Shown piece by piece: positions 18,647 to 27,544 of a stretch of DNA of 64,000 nt (position 1 is its first letter; each line of letters begins with the position of its first letter). Both the position numbers and the translations under genes were made by a program. The notes beneath the pieces are model-generated. The model did no database searches. It had not been told where the DNA came from and saw only the letters and a program-made list of their open reading frames with translations. Source of the stretch: an uncultured Bryobacter sp. (GTDB taxonomy: Bacteria > Acidobacteriota > Terriglobia > Bryobacterales > Bryobacteraceae); NCBI GenBank assembly GCA_964510335.1, contig CAZECF010000019.1:1187-65186 (forward strand), written 5' to 3'.

Positions 18647-18668
18647 AGGGGAGAGTGTAGCAATAGCG

Positions 18669-19607
18669 TTAGCCGGTGCGCTTGACCTTCACGATGGAAT
18701 GGACTTCGCGGTCGCGACCGAGGAGTCTCCAGCGGTAAGTGCCGGTGCGCTGCAGGGTCCAGGGGAGGGTGCGCGGGCCGCCATTGACCGAATGTCTGGT
18801 GGCGGATTCGCTGATGAAGACTTCGGCCTGATTGTTCGTGGCGCCGCCGACGCTGGAGATGACCATGATGTGACCGATGAGGGAGCGGCGCTTGGAGAGT
18901 TCCGTTTCCATATCCTTTTTGGTCTTTTTGGTCCAGTCCACGGCGACTTCGTCTTTCTCGGAATCAGCTGTGCGGTTCAAGAGGACAACATCGTCGGCCC
19001 GTAGCTCAAGACCGCTGTCGCGAATCTCCTGGCGATTGAAGAAGAAATCCTCTTCGGGCGAGGAATCTCCCAAACGAAATTCGTTTCCCTTGTACTTTTC
19101 CTTCATGTAGTTCCCGACGAAGCCATTACAGTCTGAGCCAAGGAACATGTCCACGAGATCGGCAAGTGGCGGGACGCCCATGCCCGCTTCCTGTTCGCGC
19201 CATCCACGCCAATAGCTCATGGCGTGGATTACGGGCTGGAGCACGCTGGGCGGCGCCTTGCCGAGGAAGGCCTGCTTCATCATGGCGTTGTCGACATAGA
19301 GACAGGAACTGATATCGTTCTCGATCATGACGCCCTTGCCGACGGGGTATACGGGTGTGTCGGACATTTTGAGATGCTTTTGGATGAAATCCCAAATGCC
19401 GCGGCGAAACTTCCAGCGCTGATCGTGGGAGTATCCCGCACGGTTGGTGTGCAAGCGATTGAGATACTCATCCACTGGGGTGCTGATCAGACCAACGGCG
19501 GATACGTTGCCGTTTTTGACTTTGTACTGAGGCACTTTGATGTCGTGGTATTTGCTTACGAATTGGCTAGCTGTCATCTCTATAGATCCAGCGGCAATTT
19601 TAGACAA
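18669..19607 (-). CDS. hypothetical protein with NlpC/P60-like papain-fold C-terminal half
   Basis: 312 aa, no signal peptide. Cys block GSDCNGFVGNY and downstream His block LIGHIMVISS resemble the NlpC/P60 Cys/His motifs. N-terminal ~150 aa unrecognised. G+C visibly lower than the flanks. Confidence 0.55.
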   Translation of the reverse strand: MSKIAAGSIEMTASQFVSKYHDIKVPQYKVKNGNVSAVGLISTPVDEYLNRLHTNRAGYSHDQRWKFRRGIWDFIQKHLKMSDTPVYPVGKGVMIENDISSCLYVDNAMMKQAFLGKAPPSVLQPVIHAMSYWRGWREQEAGMGVPPLADLVDMFLGSDCNGFVGNYMKEKYKGNEFRLGDSSPEEDFFFNRQEIRDSGLELRADDVVLLNRTADSEKDEVAVDWTKKTKKDMETELSKRRSLIGHIMVISSVGGATNNQAEVFISESATRHSVNGGPRTLPWTLQRTGTYRWRLLGRDREVHSIVKVKRTG

Positions 19608-19686
19608 GATGGGCCAAAATTGCCAGGGGGCGGGTATCTCCGAGCAAGAACTGGATTAAGCCTTAGGCATCGGGCATACTGCGATT

Positions 19687-21384
19687 ATGCAAAGTCTGAT
19701 TTGGTTCGTCGCGGCAACAGTGGCTTGGGCGGGGGAATACTCGCCTTTAGAACAGATCAATACGAAAACGGTGGGGAAGTTGCGGCAGGCGTGGCTCTAT
19801 CGCACGGGCGAGCCGCTGCAGGCTTTGCCGGGCGGCGGGCGGCCGCCAGCGTTTGAGGCAACGGCAGTGTATGCGCATGGCTTGCTCTATGTTTCTTCGC
19901 CTTTCGGGAAAGTAGTGGCACTAGAGCCGGACACAGGCAAGGTGAGGTGGGAACGACAGATTGAGATTGACCGCAGGGGCCACTATGGCGACTTCGCCAG
20001 CCGGGGCGTGGCTGTTTGGAAGGACCGGATCTTTGTGGCGACGATTGATGTGAGGCTGGTAGCGCTGGATGCATTGACGGGGGAGCCAAGCGTTGGTTTT
20101 ATAGCACCGGATTTGAAGGATGGCCTGGCGAGAGGGCCGGAGTATAGCGGCGAGTATGCGCAGACTTCACCACCGGCATTAATTGGGGATCTGGTGATTA
20201 CGGGGTCCGCGGTGGCGGACAACCATCGGGCTGATTCCCCGACGGGTGAAGTGCGCGCCTGGGATGCGCGGACGGGCAAGTTGGTGTGGACCTGGCACCC
20301 GACGGAAGGTAAGACCGGCGGAGCCAATGCGTGGAGCCTGATTCGCGTCGACGCTGAGCGGGGGTTGGTGTTTGTGCCGACCGGCTCGGCCAGCCCGGAC
20401 TATTTTGGCGGCGGGCGGCCGGGCGACAACCGGTGGGCGAATTCGGTGGTCGCGCTGGACGCCAAGACCGGCAAGCTGCGCTGGGGCTTTCAGACGGTGC
20501 ATCACGATATTTGGGACTACGACGTTGCTAGTCCGCCGGAGTTATATGACGTGCGGGGGCAGGCGGCCGTGGCCGTTGGCTCGAAAACGGGGCATGTGTT
20601 TTTGCTCGACCGGGTGACGGGCAGGCCGCTGTTTCCAGTAGAGGAACGGCGGGTGCCGCAGACGGACCTTGAGGTCGCCTCTCCGACTCAGCCGTTTCCC
20701 AGCAAGCCGCCGTCACTCGTCCCCCATAAGTTCGAGCCGGCATCTGCGGCATGTGCTGAATGGGCGGCGAAGTTGCGCAACGAGGGCGTATTTACTCCGC
20801 CATCGGTCGAGGGATCGCTGATATTGCCGGGGAACATAGGCGGGTTGCATTGGGGCGGGCTGGCATGGAGCCCGGAGGAAAATCTGTTAGTCACGCCGGT
20901 GAACAATTTGCCGGCCGTGATCCGGCTGATACCGCGAGCCGGGTTCGCCAAGGAGAAAGGTCGCCGACTGGAGGGCGTCGAAATGACTTCGCAGCGCGGC
21001 GCTGCTTACGGCATGTCGCGGGAGTTGATGCGGGGGGCGGATGGAATGCCTTGCGGGAAACCGCCTTGGGGTTCGCTGGTGGCAGTGGATACATTGACGG
21101 GCGACATACGCTGGTCGACAGCCTTGGCTTCGATCAATTTGGGCGGACCGCTGACGACTGCCGGAGGCCTTGTTTTTCTCGGAGCAACGATTGATCCGTT
21201 TTTGAAAGCGTTTGAGCTGAAGAGTGGACGGGAGGTGTGGCGCGGGGCGCTGCCGGCCAGCGCGCGATCCACGCCGATGAGCTTCTCGCATAAAGGAAAG
21301 CAATACATCGTAATTGCAGCCGGAGGGCACGACCCATCGCTGGGGCCGCTGGACAATGCAATGGTGGCGTTTGCGATGGAGTAA
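19687..21384 (+). CDS. PQQ-dependent dehydrogenase, glucose/quinate/shikimate-like beta-propeller, secreted form
   Basis: 565 aa. Signal peptide MQSLIWFVAATVAWA, repeated propeller blocks (LVALDALTG, VVALDAKTGKLRW, LVAVDTLTGDIRW). Lacks the N-terminal multi-TM anchor of membrane glucose dehydrogenases. Confidence 0.75.
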   Translation: MQSLIWFVAATVAWAGEYSPLEQINTKTVGKLRQAWLYRTGEPLQALPGGGRPPAFEATAVYAHGLLYVSSPFGKVVALEPDTGKVRWERQIEIDRRGHYGDFASRGVAVWKDRIFVATIDVRLVALDALTGEPSVGFIAPDLKDGLARGPEYSGEYAQTSPPALIGDLVITGSAVADNHRADSPTGEVRAWDARTGKLVWTWHPTEGKTGGANAWSLIRVDAERGLVFVPTGSASPDYFGGGRPGDNRWANSVVALDAKTGKLRWGFQTVHHDIWDYDVASPPELYDVRGQAAVAVGSKTGHVFLLDRVTGRPLFPVEERRVPQTDLEVASPTQPFPSKPPSLVPHKFEPASAACAEWAAKLRNEGVFTPPSVEGSLILPGNIGGLHWGGLAWSPEENLLVTPVNNLPAVIRLIPRAGFAKEKGRRLEGVEMTSQRGAAYGMSRELMRGADGMPCGKPPWGSLVAVDTLTGDIRWSTALASINLGGPLTTAGGLVFLGATIDPFLKAFELKSGREVWRGALPASARSTPMSFSHKGKQYIVIAAGGHDPSLGPLDNAMVAFAME

Positions 21385-21445
21385 AGGCTCATGCGGCCGT
21401 TAGCCGGAAAATGGCTTTGCGGCACATAGTATTCGGAAATTAGCC

Positions 21446-21889
21446 ATGAAGACTTCACTCTTTCTTATAGCGGTGCCGGTACTATTGGCGCAGACGACGG
21501 TGCGCCTGGCGGTGACTGGGATACCGGAAGGGTCCAAGCCCGAAATTATGGCGACATTGCCTTCCGGTCAGACCAGTCGTTTGACGGACCCTGCTGGCTT
21601 TAACGCGAATCTTCCGGGCAAGTATCGGGTGGCTGGGCAGCCCTTCCGGGTGGCGGGCGAGCTGATCGATTCGGTGCTGGAGGCCCCTGCTCAGGAACAA
21701 ACGGTTAAGGAGAGTGCGCCGGTGACGCTGACACTGAACTACCGGCAGCGCCCAGGGTCTGGCATGCTGTGGGTGGCGACAGCGCGCATCGACGAGGACG
21801 CGGATGATTTCACCAAAGGGACCGTGCGGGGATACACAGAGGCGGCCCTGCGCGAGGGCAATTGGCTGGGCCGCAGCAGCAGATTGTGA
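21446..21889 (+). CDS. secreted hypothetical protein, probably the N-terminal part of a frameshifted gene
   Basis: 147 aa with signal peptide MKTSLFLIAVPVLLAQT. Ends in a short tail (NWLGRSSRL) that overlaps the next ORF. Confidence 0.5.
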   Translation: MKTSLFLIAVPVLLAQTTVRLAVTGIPEGSKPEIMATLPSGQTSRLTDPAGFNANLPGKYRVAGQPFRVAGELIDSVLEAPAQEQTVKESAPVTLTLNYRQRPGSGMLWVATARIDEDADDFTKGTVRGYTEAALREGNWLGRSSRL

Positions 21890-22674
21890 CCGGGCCGCGA
21901 CTATCAGGGGGCTTTGCCGCGCCGGACGGAGCGTACTATTTCGTGGATGGCTGGGACCATAGTGCGCTGATGCGGCTGAATCCGCAGGCCTTGGCCAGCA
22001 AGACTGCTAAGCCGGTGAAGGTAGCGGGCACTGACAGATATCCTTACAAGCTGTCACACAATGGCGACTTGCGGGAAAAGGATGGGATTGTGTTGCGGCG
22101 GCGATCCACCGCGTCGCTTACGCCCGGCTCGGCGCTTGTGGAGTTAACGGTGGCGGAAGAAGAAGACGGGCTCCCCAGCGCGCACTTCTTGTTCACGGCT
22201 GAGGGAGATTTGCTGCTTTACGGAAGCGGCAGTGTGGCGCGCATTGCGGGCGACAAGATCAAGGGGAAGCGTACCCTGACCAGAGCCGATGCGGCAGCGA
22301 TTCTGACGTTTTCAAGCGGGTCGGTGGGTCACGGGGCGCTGGATGAAGCGAACAATTTGTGGCTTACAACGGAATCGGGGCCGGTGTTGCAAATCACGGC
22401 GGCGCAGTTGGAAAGTGGGGGCACAATCGAGCCACGCAGTTATGACATGGAGCAGAGTTCCTCGGCGTTGACGATTGACAATGCGGGTGGCGTTTGGGTG
22501 TTGGTTCGTTACACGGGGGCGGTGCATTATCTGGAACCGGGTGGGTCAGCCTTTGTAGCGCGGGGAAGCTTGGGGAAGTGGTTCGACGAACATAGAGAAT
22601 TGACGCTGAACCCGCCGCCGTGGTCGCCGCTGGCGATGGGGGCCGGGTTTCCGAAGCGTTTGGGGGAGGAGTGA
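21862..22674 (+). CDS. hypothetical beta-propeller-like protein, probably the C-terminal part of the same gene
   Basis: 270 aa from a TTG start, no signal peptide of its own. This frame is open from 21808. See the frameshift finding. Confidence 0.5.
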   Translation: MAGPQQQIVTGPRLSGGFAAPDGAYYFVDGWDHSALMRLNPQALASKTAKPVKVAGTDRYPYKLSHNGDLREKDGIVLRRRSTASLTPGSALVELTVAEEEDGLPSAHFLFTAEGDLLLYGSGSVARIAGDKIKGKRTLTRADAAAILTFSSGSVGHGALDEANNLWLTTESGPVLQITAAQLESGGTIEPRSYDMEQSSSALTIDNAGGVWVLVRYTGAVHYLEPGGSAFVARGSLGKWFDEHRELTLNPPPWSPLAMGAGFPKRLGEE

Positions 22675-22703
22675 GGGGAGCCAACGAGCTATTGTGAAGG
22701 GAA

Positions 22704-23195
22704 ATGGCAGTGCAACCCAGGAGCAATGATGAGCTTGAGCGGGCGATCGATGAAATTGCCTTTGAGGTTTTTCACTTTCGGCTGTACCGAGAAATATCTG
22801 CTATCGCGGGAAGCAAGCGACGAATTCTATCTCAGCCATTGAACTATGCCCTCCTACTGCACACCCGCATCCTCTATGACTTCTTTTATAAACAGACCTT
22901 TAAAGATGACATGAAGCCAGAAGCTTTTTGTCGATCATGGGAGGACCGCAAGACTGAAACCGGGGATCGAAAATTAGATCTGGACAAGCGATTGGCCCAC
23001 TTGACCTGGACCCGCGTTGAGAAACCTGATAAGCCCGCGATGAATGACTACGCCGATTTGATGGCCGCAGTTGAAGAAAGTATTGTTGCTTTCAAGCACG
23101 CGCTCGATCCTGATCTGAAGCAGAAGTATGACGACGCAATTCAATCCAGAAAGATTTTATATCTGAACGATCCATTGCTGGCTGAGATTGTCTGA
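22704..23195 (+). CDS. hypothetical protein (low-G+C orphan)
   Basis: 163 aa, ATG start, hydrophilic helical composition, no recognisable motif. G+C clearly lower than neighbours by eye. Confidence 0.55.
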   Translation: MAVQPRSNDELERAIDEIAFEVFHFRLYREISAIAGSKRRILSQPLNYALLLHTRILYDFFYKQTFKDDMKPEAFCRSWEDRKTETGDRKLDLDKRLAHLTWTRVEKPDKPAMNDYADLMAAVEESIVAFKHALDPDLKQKYDDAIQSRKILYLNDPLLAEIV

Positions 23196-23197
23196 AG

Positions 23198-25768
23198 CTA
23201 GCGGAGTTGGGCGCGGAGGCGGGTGATGGCGGGGGAGATGTTTTGTTGGGGGTAGACGCTGAGGTGTTGGAGGGCTTGCTGCTGGAGACCCGGGGTGGTG
23301 TCGCCGTGGGTGATGGCGATGTAGAGGTTGCGTGCCTGGCGGAAGGCGTAGCCGCGGCGCTGGAAGCTCGGCTTGGTCAAGAGGGGTTCGCGGAGAGTTC
23401 GCGCTTGCTTGAGTAAGTCGAGACCATCCGGATTGCGGCCTTCGCGGAAGGCGATTTGGGCCAACAGCTCCTGGGCGTTGCCTTCTTCATCCGTGAGTCC
23501 TTCAAGGCGGCGCTTGGCTTCGCTTAGCTTGCCCACATGCAAGTGGGCGTAGGCGATGTAGAAGTTTACGTTGGCGTGTGGCTTGCGCTGGGCTAACGCG
23601 TACAGCTCGATAGCCTTTTCGGCTGACTCCACTGCGCGCGGGTCGCCGCAGATGGCCTGGGCATCGGAATAGAGCTGCAGGAGGGAGACCGCACTCACGA
23701 AGGTGTTGGCATTACGGGGGTCGCCCCGAAAGAGGTTTAACTTCGGCTCTAGTGCTTTGGCGTAAGCTTCGCGGGCTTGGCAGGGCTTTTCGAGACTGGG
23801 CGTCATCGAGTTGTACAAAACAGTACCTTGAAACTCATTGAGCAGGGCGAGGCGGTTCAGCTCCGCAGGACTCAGAACCTGGCCGACGTAGCGGGTTTGC
23901 GAAAGCGCAAGGCCTTTCTCGATGTAGTCCAGCGCGATTGCGGGTTGGCCCATGGCCTCGGTGGAAACGGCTGAAAGGTAATAGATGTTGATGGCGCGGG
24001 CTGGGTCCTTGAGCTCAATGGCCCGGGGCAGGGCGGACTTGAGAATATCGACGGAGGCTTCGAGATCGCCAGCGAAGAAATGGGCGCGGCTGCGGGAAAT
24101 ATGAATGTCGACAAAGGATTCCGGGTTGAGGTCGTCCTTGAAGGAGAAGGCACGGTCGAGGGCATCGGCGGCTTTGGCCGAGTCGCCACGGCGGGAGTAG
24201 AGGTCCGCGATGTGAGCGTATCCGAGGGCCATGCTGCGGCGGAGGTCGCCGTCCCCGGATCTTTTGGCAAAGAGCGCCTCTTCCATGTCGAGGGCCTTGC
24301 GGTGGCTGGCGAGCGATTCGGAAAAGAGGCCGAGATTGGGGAGGCGGGAGTGGCCCTGGATGTCGCCGACACGGTGCCAGGCGCGGGCGAGTTCCTTGGT
24401 TAATTCCGTGTCGGAGCCGGCTTCGCTGGTGAGGCTTTCAAGATAGATAACAGACTTGTCGAGCAGGAGTTTGCGCATCTCGGTCGTCCCGACAATGGAG
24501 GCGGCGAGTGGGTCAATTTCGGTGAGGAGACTGTTGGCGAGGGTGCGGACTTCCGAGAAGCGGCGTTGGGCACGGAGACCTTCGCGGACGGTGAAGTACA
24601 CGCCGGCGGTGAAGGTGGCGACCAGGAGGAGACCCAGGCCCAAGGTAAGGCGGTTGCGGCGGACAAACTTGGAAGCGCGGTAACGCAAGGTATCGGGGCG
24701 GGCGATGACGGTGTGGCCGTCGAGATGGCGGCGAATGTCTTCGGCCAATTGAGCGACAGATCCGTAGCGGCGGTTGGGCTCTTTGCGGAGAGCCATGAGC
24801 AGGATGTTGTCGAGATCCCCTTCGATGCGGCGCTTGATACGGGTGGTTTCCTGGACAAGAGACGAGGGGGCAGGGATGGTGGCGTTGCAGACCTGCTGCT
24901 GGATCTCGGCGGGCGAATAGCTCTTGAGCTTGTAAGGACGCTGGCCGGTGAGGAGTTCATAAAGAACGATGCCGAGGGAGTAGACATCGGAAGCAATGGT
25001 GATGGGCTCGCCGCGCACCTGCTCGGGACTGGCATAATCGGGCGTCATGAGGAGGGCGCTGGTTTGGGTGGCGTCGGTATCGTGTTCGACGAGTTTGGCG
25101 ATGCCGAAGTCGAGGAGTTTGGGGATGCCGTCGGGGGTGACGAAGATATTGGAGGGCTTGATGTCGCGGTGGACGATCAAGGCGGCGTGGGCATGCTGGA
25201 CGGCATCACAGACTTTGAGGAAGAGTTCGAGCTTTTCCTGAACATTGAGGCTCCATTCGCGGCAGTAGGCATCGATGGGCTGGCCATCGACGTGTTCCAT
25301 GACGAGGTAGGGCGCACCGTTGTGGATGCCACCGTCGATGAGGCGGGCGATGAAGGGGTGCTGGAGTTGAGCAAGGATGCTGCGTTCGGCGAGGAAGCGT
25401 TCAATGTGGCCAACGCCGGCCACACCGGGACGGATCATCTTGATGGCGACGGTTTGCTCAAACTGGCCGTCGGCTCGCTGCGCGCGGAAGACAGCGCCCA
25501 TGCCGCCTTCGCCGACGCGGTCGAGGATACGGTAAGGGCCAAGTTGCTGGCCGGTGAGGGTGGCGAGACCGGTGACTTCTCCGGCTGCTTCCGAGATGGC
25601 GGGGGCGATGAGGCTAAGGCCCGCCGAGGCGAGGAGCGAATCGACTTCAGCGCGTAGATCTGGGTCGCCATTGCAGGCTGTGTCGAGAAATGCAGGGCGG
25701 GCAGGATCTTCGAGGTCAGCGGCCTGCTGGAAGATGTCTTCGATTTTGCGCCAGTAGTCTGGGTTCAT
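23198..25768 (-). CDS. Ser/Thr protein kinase with one TM segment and C-terminal TPR-like repeats
   Basis: 856 aa. Hanks motifs GEGGMGAVF, VAIKMI, HRDIKPSN, DFG, TPDYASPE. TM segment LTLGLGLLLVATFTAGVYFTV, followed by a long TPR-like region. Confidence 0.9.
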   Translation of the reverse strand: MNPDYWRKIEDIFQQAADLEDPARPAFLDTACNGDPDLRAEVDSLLASAGLSLIAPAISEAAGEVTGLATLTGQQLGPYRILDRVGEGGMGAVFRAQRADGQFEQTVAIKMIRPGVAGVGHIERFLAERSILAQLQHPFIARLIDGGIHNGAPYLVMEHVDGQPIDAYCREWSLNVQEKLELFLKVCDAVQHAHAALIVHRDIKPSNIFVTPDGIPKLLDFGIAKLVEHDTDATQTSALLMTPDYASPEQVRGEPITIASDVYSLGIVLYELLTGQRPYKLKSYSPAEIQQQVCNATIPAPSSLVQETTRIKRRIEGDLDNILLMALRKEPNRRYGSVAQLAEDIRRHLDGHTVIARPDTLRYRASKFVRRNRLTLGLGLLLVATFTAGVYFTVREGLRAQRRFSEVRTLANSLLTEIDPLAASIVGTTEMRKLLLDKSVIYLESLTSEAGSDTELTKELARAWHRVGDIQGHSRLPNLGLFSESLASHRKALDMEEALFAKRSGDGDLRRSMALGYAHIADLYSRRGDSAKAADALDRAFSFKDDLNPESFVDIHISRSRAHFFAGDLEASVDILKSALPRAIELKDPARAINIYYLSAVSTEAMGQPAIALDYIEKGLALSQTRYVGQVLSPAELNRLALLNEFQGTVLYNSMTPSLEKPCQAREAYAKALEPKLNLFRGDPRNANTFVSAVSLLQLYSDAQAICGDPRAVESAEKAIELYALAQRKPHANVNFYIAYAHLHVGKLSEAKRRLEGLTDEEGNAQELLAQIAFREGRNPDGLDLLKQARTLREPLLTKPSFQRRGYAFRQARNLYIAITHGDTTPGLQQQALQHLSVYPQQNISPAITRLRAQLR

Positions 25769-25792
25769 GGGGGGCGCTTTCGGCGTAAAGAT

Positions 25793-26347
25793 TCAGCTGG
25801 TGAGGTAGCGATTGAGCCAGGCCTCGGCCATGCGCTGTTCCCGGCCGACGGTGGCGACGCTGATGCTGAGAGCTTCGGCGGTTTCTTCGATCGTCATGCC
25901 GCCGAAAAAGCGCATCTCGATGACCTTGGCTTTGCGCTCGTCGAAGGCTGAGAGTTCTTTGAGGGCGTCGTCGAGGTGGACAAGGGTTTCAGGCCTTTCG
26001 ACAGCCGCATCGAGGGCTTCCTGGATGGAAAGCTTGGGGGCACCGCCGCCCCGCTTGGCGCGATTCTTGCTGCGGGCGTGATCGACGAGAATGACACGCA
26101 TGAGGTGAGCGGCGACGCCGAAGAAGTGGGCACGATTTTCCCAATTCTGATTTTGCTGCTGGGCGAGGCGAAGGTAGGCCTCGTTGAGAAGGGCGGTGGG
26201 CTGGAGGGTGTGACCAGCGCTCTCTCGGCGCATATAGCTGGAGGCGAGGCGGCGGAGTTCGTCAAAGACGATGGGAGTGAGAACTTCGAGGGCGGCTTCA
26301 TCGCCCTGACGCCATTGGTGCAGAAGTACAGTGACTTGTTCGGACAT
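25793..26347 (-). CDS. ECF-type RNA polymerase sigma factor (TIGR02999-like subfamily)
   Basis: Start moved to ATG 26347 (MSEQVTVLLHQWRQGD). Sigma-70 regions 2 and 4 present. The HTLQPTALLNEAYLRL block is typical of this subfamily. The upstream part of track ORF 25793..26629 is Pro/Ser-rich and overlaps the next gene. Confidence 0.85.
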   Translation of the reverse strand: MSEQVTVLLHQWRQGDEAALEVLTPIVFDELRRLASSYMRRESAGHTLQPTALLNEAYLRLAQQQNQNWENRAHFFGVAAHLMRVILVDHARSKNRAKRGGGAPKLSIQEALDAAVERPETLVHLDDALKELSAFDERKAKVIEMRFFGGMTIEETAEALSISVATVGREQRMAEAWLNRYLTS

Positions 26348-26351
26348 AGGT

Positions 26352-26963
26352 TCAAATGATTCGGACAGCACTAACCATGCGGCCGGCAGCGGACCCATCG
26401 CGGCGGAAGGAATGGAAGAGGTCCGGGTTGCACTTGGTGCAGAGCTTGGAGATCCAGATGTTGTCGAGTTCGAGGCCGGCGTCGAGGAGTTGGCGCTCAT
26501 TGGCGGCAGCGAGGTCGATACAGGTTTGACCTTCGAGTCCAAAGTGGGGAGAGACTTCGGGGCCGACTTCAAAGCAGCAGAGACCGATGCCGGGGCCGAT
26601 GGCGGCGTGGAGACTGGAGGGCTCGGCACCCAGGGCGGTCATTTCGAGGACGGTGCGGGCCGTGATTTCAGCGACGGTGCCGCGCCAGCCGGCATGGACG
26701 GCGGCGACGATGCGGGCAGTGGGATCGACGATGAGAATGGGGAGACAATCGGCGGTGCGGATGGAGAGCCAGAGCTCGGGAGTGGTGGTGATCAGGGCAT
26801 CGGCTTCGCCCTGGAGGCCAGGGCAGCGAGCGCGGAGCACTTCCGCCGAGTGGGTTTGTTTGAGCCAGGCGTGGTTGGTATCGTCCAGCCACGCACCATC
26901 TTCACGGGCACCGAAACCATGTTCGATGTCGGTGAGTTCCTTGAGGCAAGGCGAGTGGATCAT
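26352..26963 (-). CDS. pgeF: YfiH/PgeF-family (DUF152) purine nucleoside phosphorylase / peptidoglycan editing factor
   Basis: 203 aa. Motifs [35 protein letters not shown]. Confidence 0.8.
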   Translation of the reverse strand: MIHSPCLKELTDIEHGFGAREDGAWLDDTNHAWLKQTHSAEVLRARCPGLQGEADALITTTPELWLSIRTADCLPILIVDPTARIVAAVHAGWRGTVAEITARTVLEMTALGAEPSSLHAAIGPGIGLCCFEVGPEVSPHFGLEGQTCIDLAAANERQLLDAGLELDNIWISKLCTKCNPDLFHSFRRDGSAAGRMVSAVRII

Positions 26964-27514
26964 CCGAGCTGAATAAGATTGACGCGGCGTTCGAATTCGC
27001 TGAGCATATCATCGGTGAGGCGGACGCGGGTGGGCTTGCGGGTGAGGGTCTGCATCTGGTCGATTTTGTCCTGGAGCTTCATGAGGCCGTAGAAGAGATT
27101 TTCCGGACGGGGCGGGCAGCCGGTGATGTAGACATCGACGGGGACGATTTTGTCGACACCCTGGAGGACGGAGTAAGTATTGAAGGGGCCGCCGACGGAG
27201 GAGCAGGCGCCCATCGAGATGACCCACTTGGGTTCGGGCATCTGGTCATAGATGCGTTTGAGGACGGGGGCCATTTTGAGGCTGACAGTGCCGGCGACGA
27301 TCATGAGGTCTGACTGGCGAGGGGAGGGGCGGAAGACTTCTGCGCCGAAGCGGGCCAGATCGAAGCGGGAAGTGGTGGAGGCGATCATCTCAATCGCGCA
27401 GCAGGCCAGGCCGAAGCTGAGGGGCCAGAGGGCGGACTTGCGGGCCCAGTTGAAGACATAGTCGACCGAGGTAGTGATGAAGTTCTGCTCGAACTGATTC
27501 TGGAGGGTGATCAC
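26960..27514 (-). CDS. nuoB: NADH-quinone oxidoreductase subunit B (NuoB/Nqo6-like)
   Basis: 184 aa, GTG start. Cluster N2 cysteines in [23 protein letters not shown]. Confidence 0.85.
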   Translation of the reverse strand: MITLQNQFEQNFITTSVDYVFNWARKSALWPLSFGLACCAIEMIASTTSRFDLARFGAEVFRPSPRQSDLMIVAGTVSLKMAPVLKRIYDQMPEPKWVISMGACSSVGGPFNTYSVLQGVDKIVPVDVYITGCPPRPENLFYGLMKLQDKIDQMQTLTRKPTRVRLTDDMLSEFERRVNLIQLG

Positions 27515-27544
27515 GGAAGGGCAATTTTAGTTTAACTTGGAAGT

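Noticed and set aside
22704-23195. HEPN-type Rx4-6H nuclease motif in the low-G+C orphan protein
   Set aside because: The closest match, DKRLAHLTWTR, has R-x2-H spacing. I cannot support a HEPN call from the sequence.
25793-26629. 278-aa version of the sigma-factor ORF
   Set aside because: The first 94 codons are Pro/Ser/Thr-rich and overlap the pgeF coding region. The sigma-70 region 2 sequence starts right after the internal ATG at 26347.
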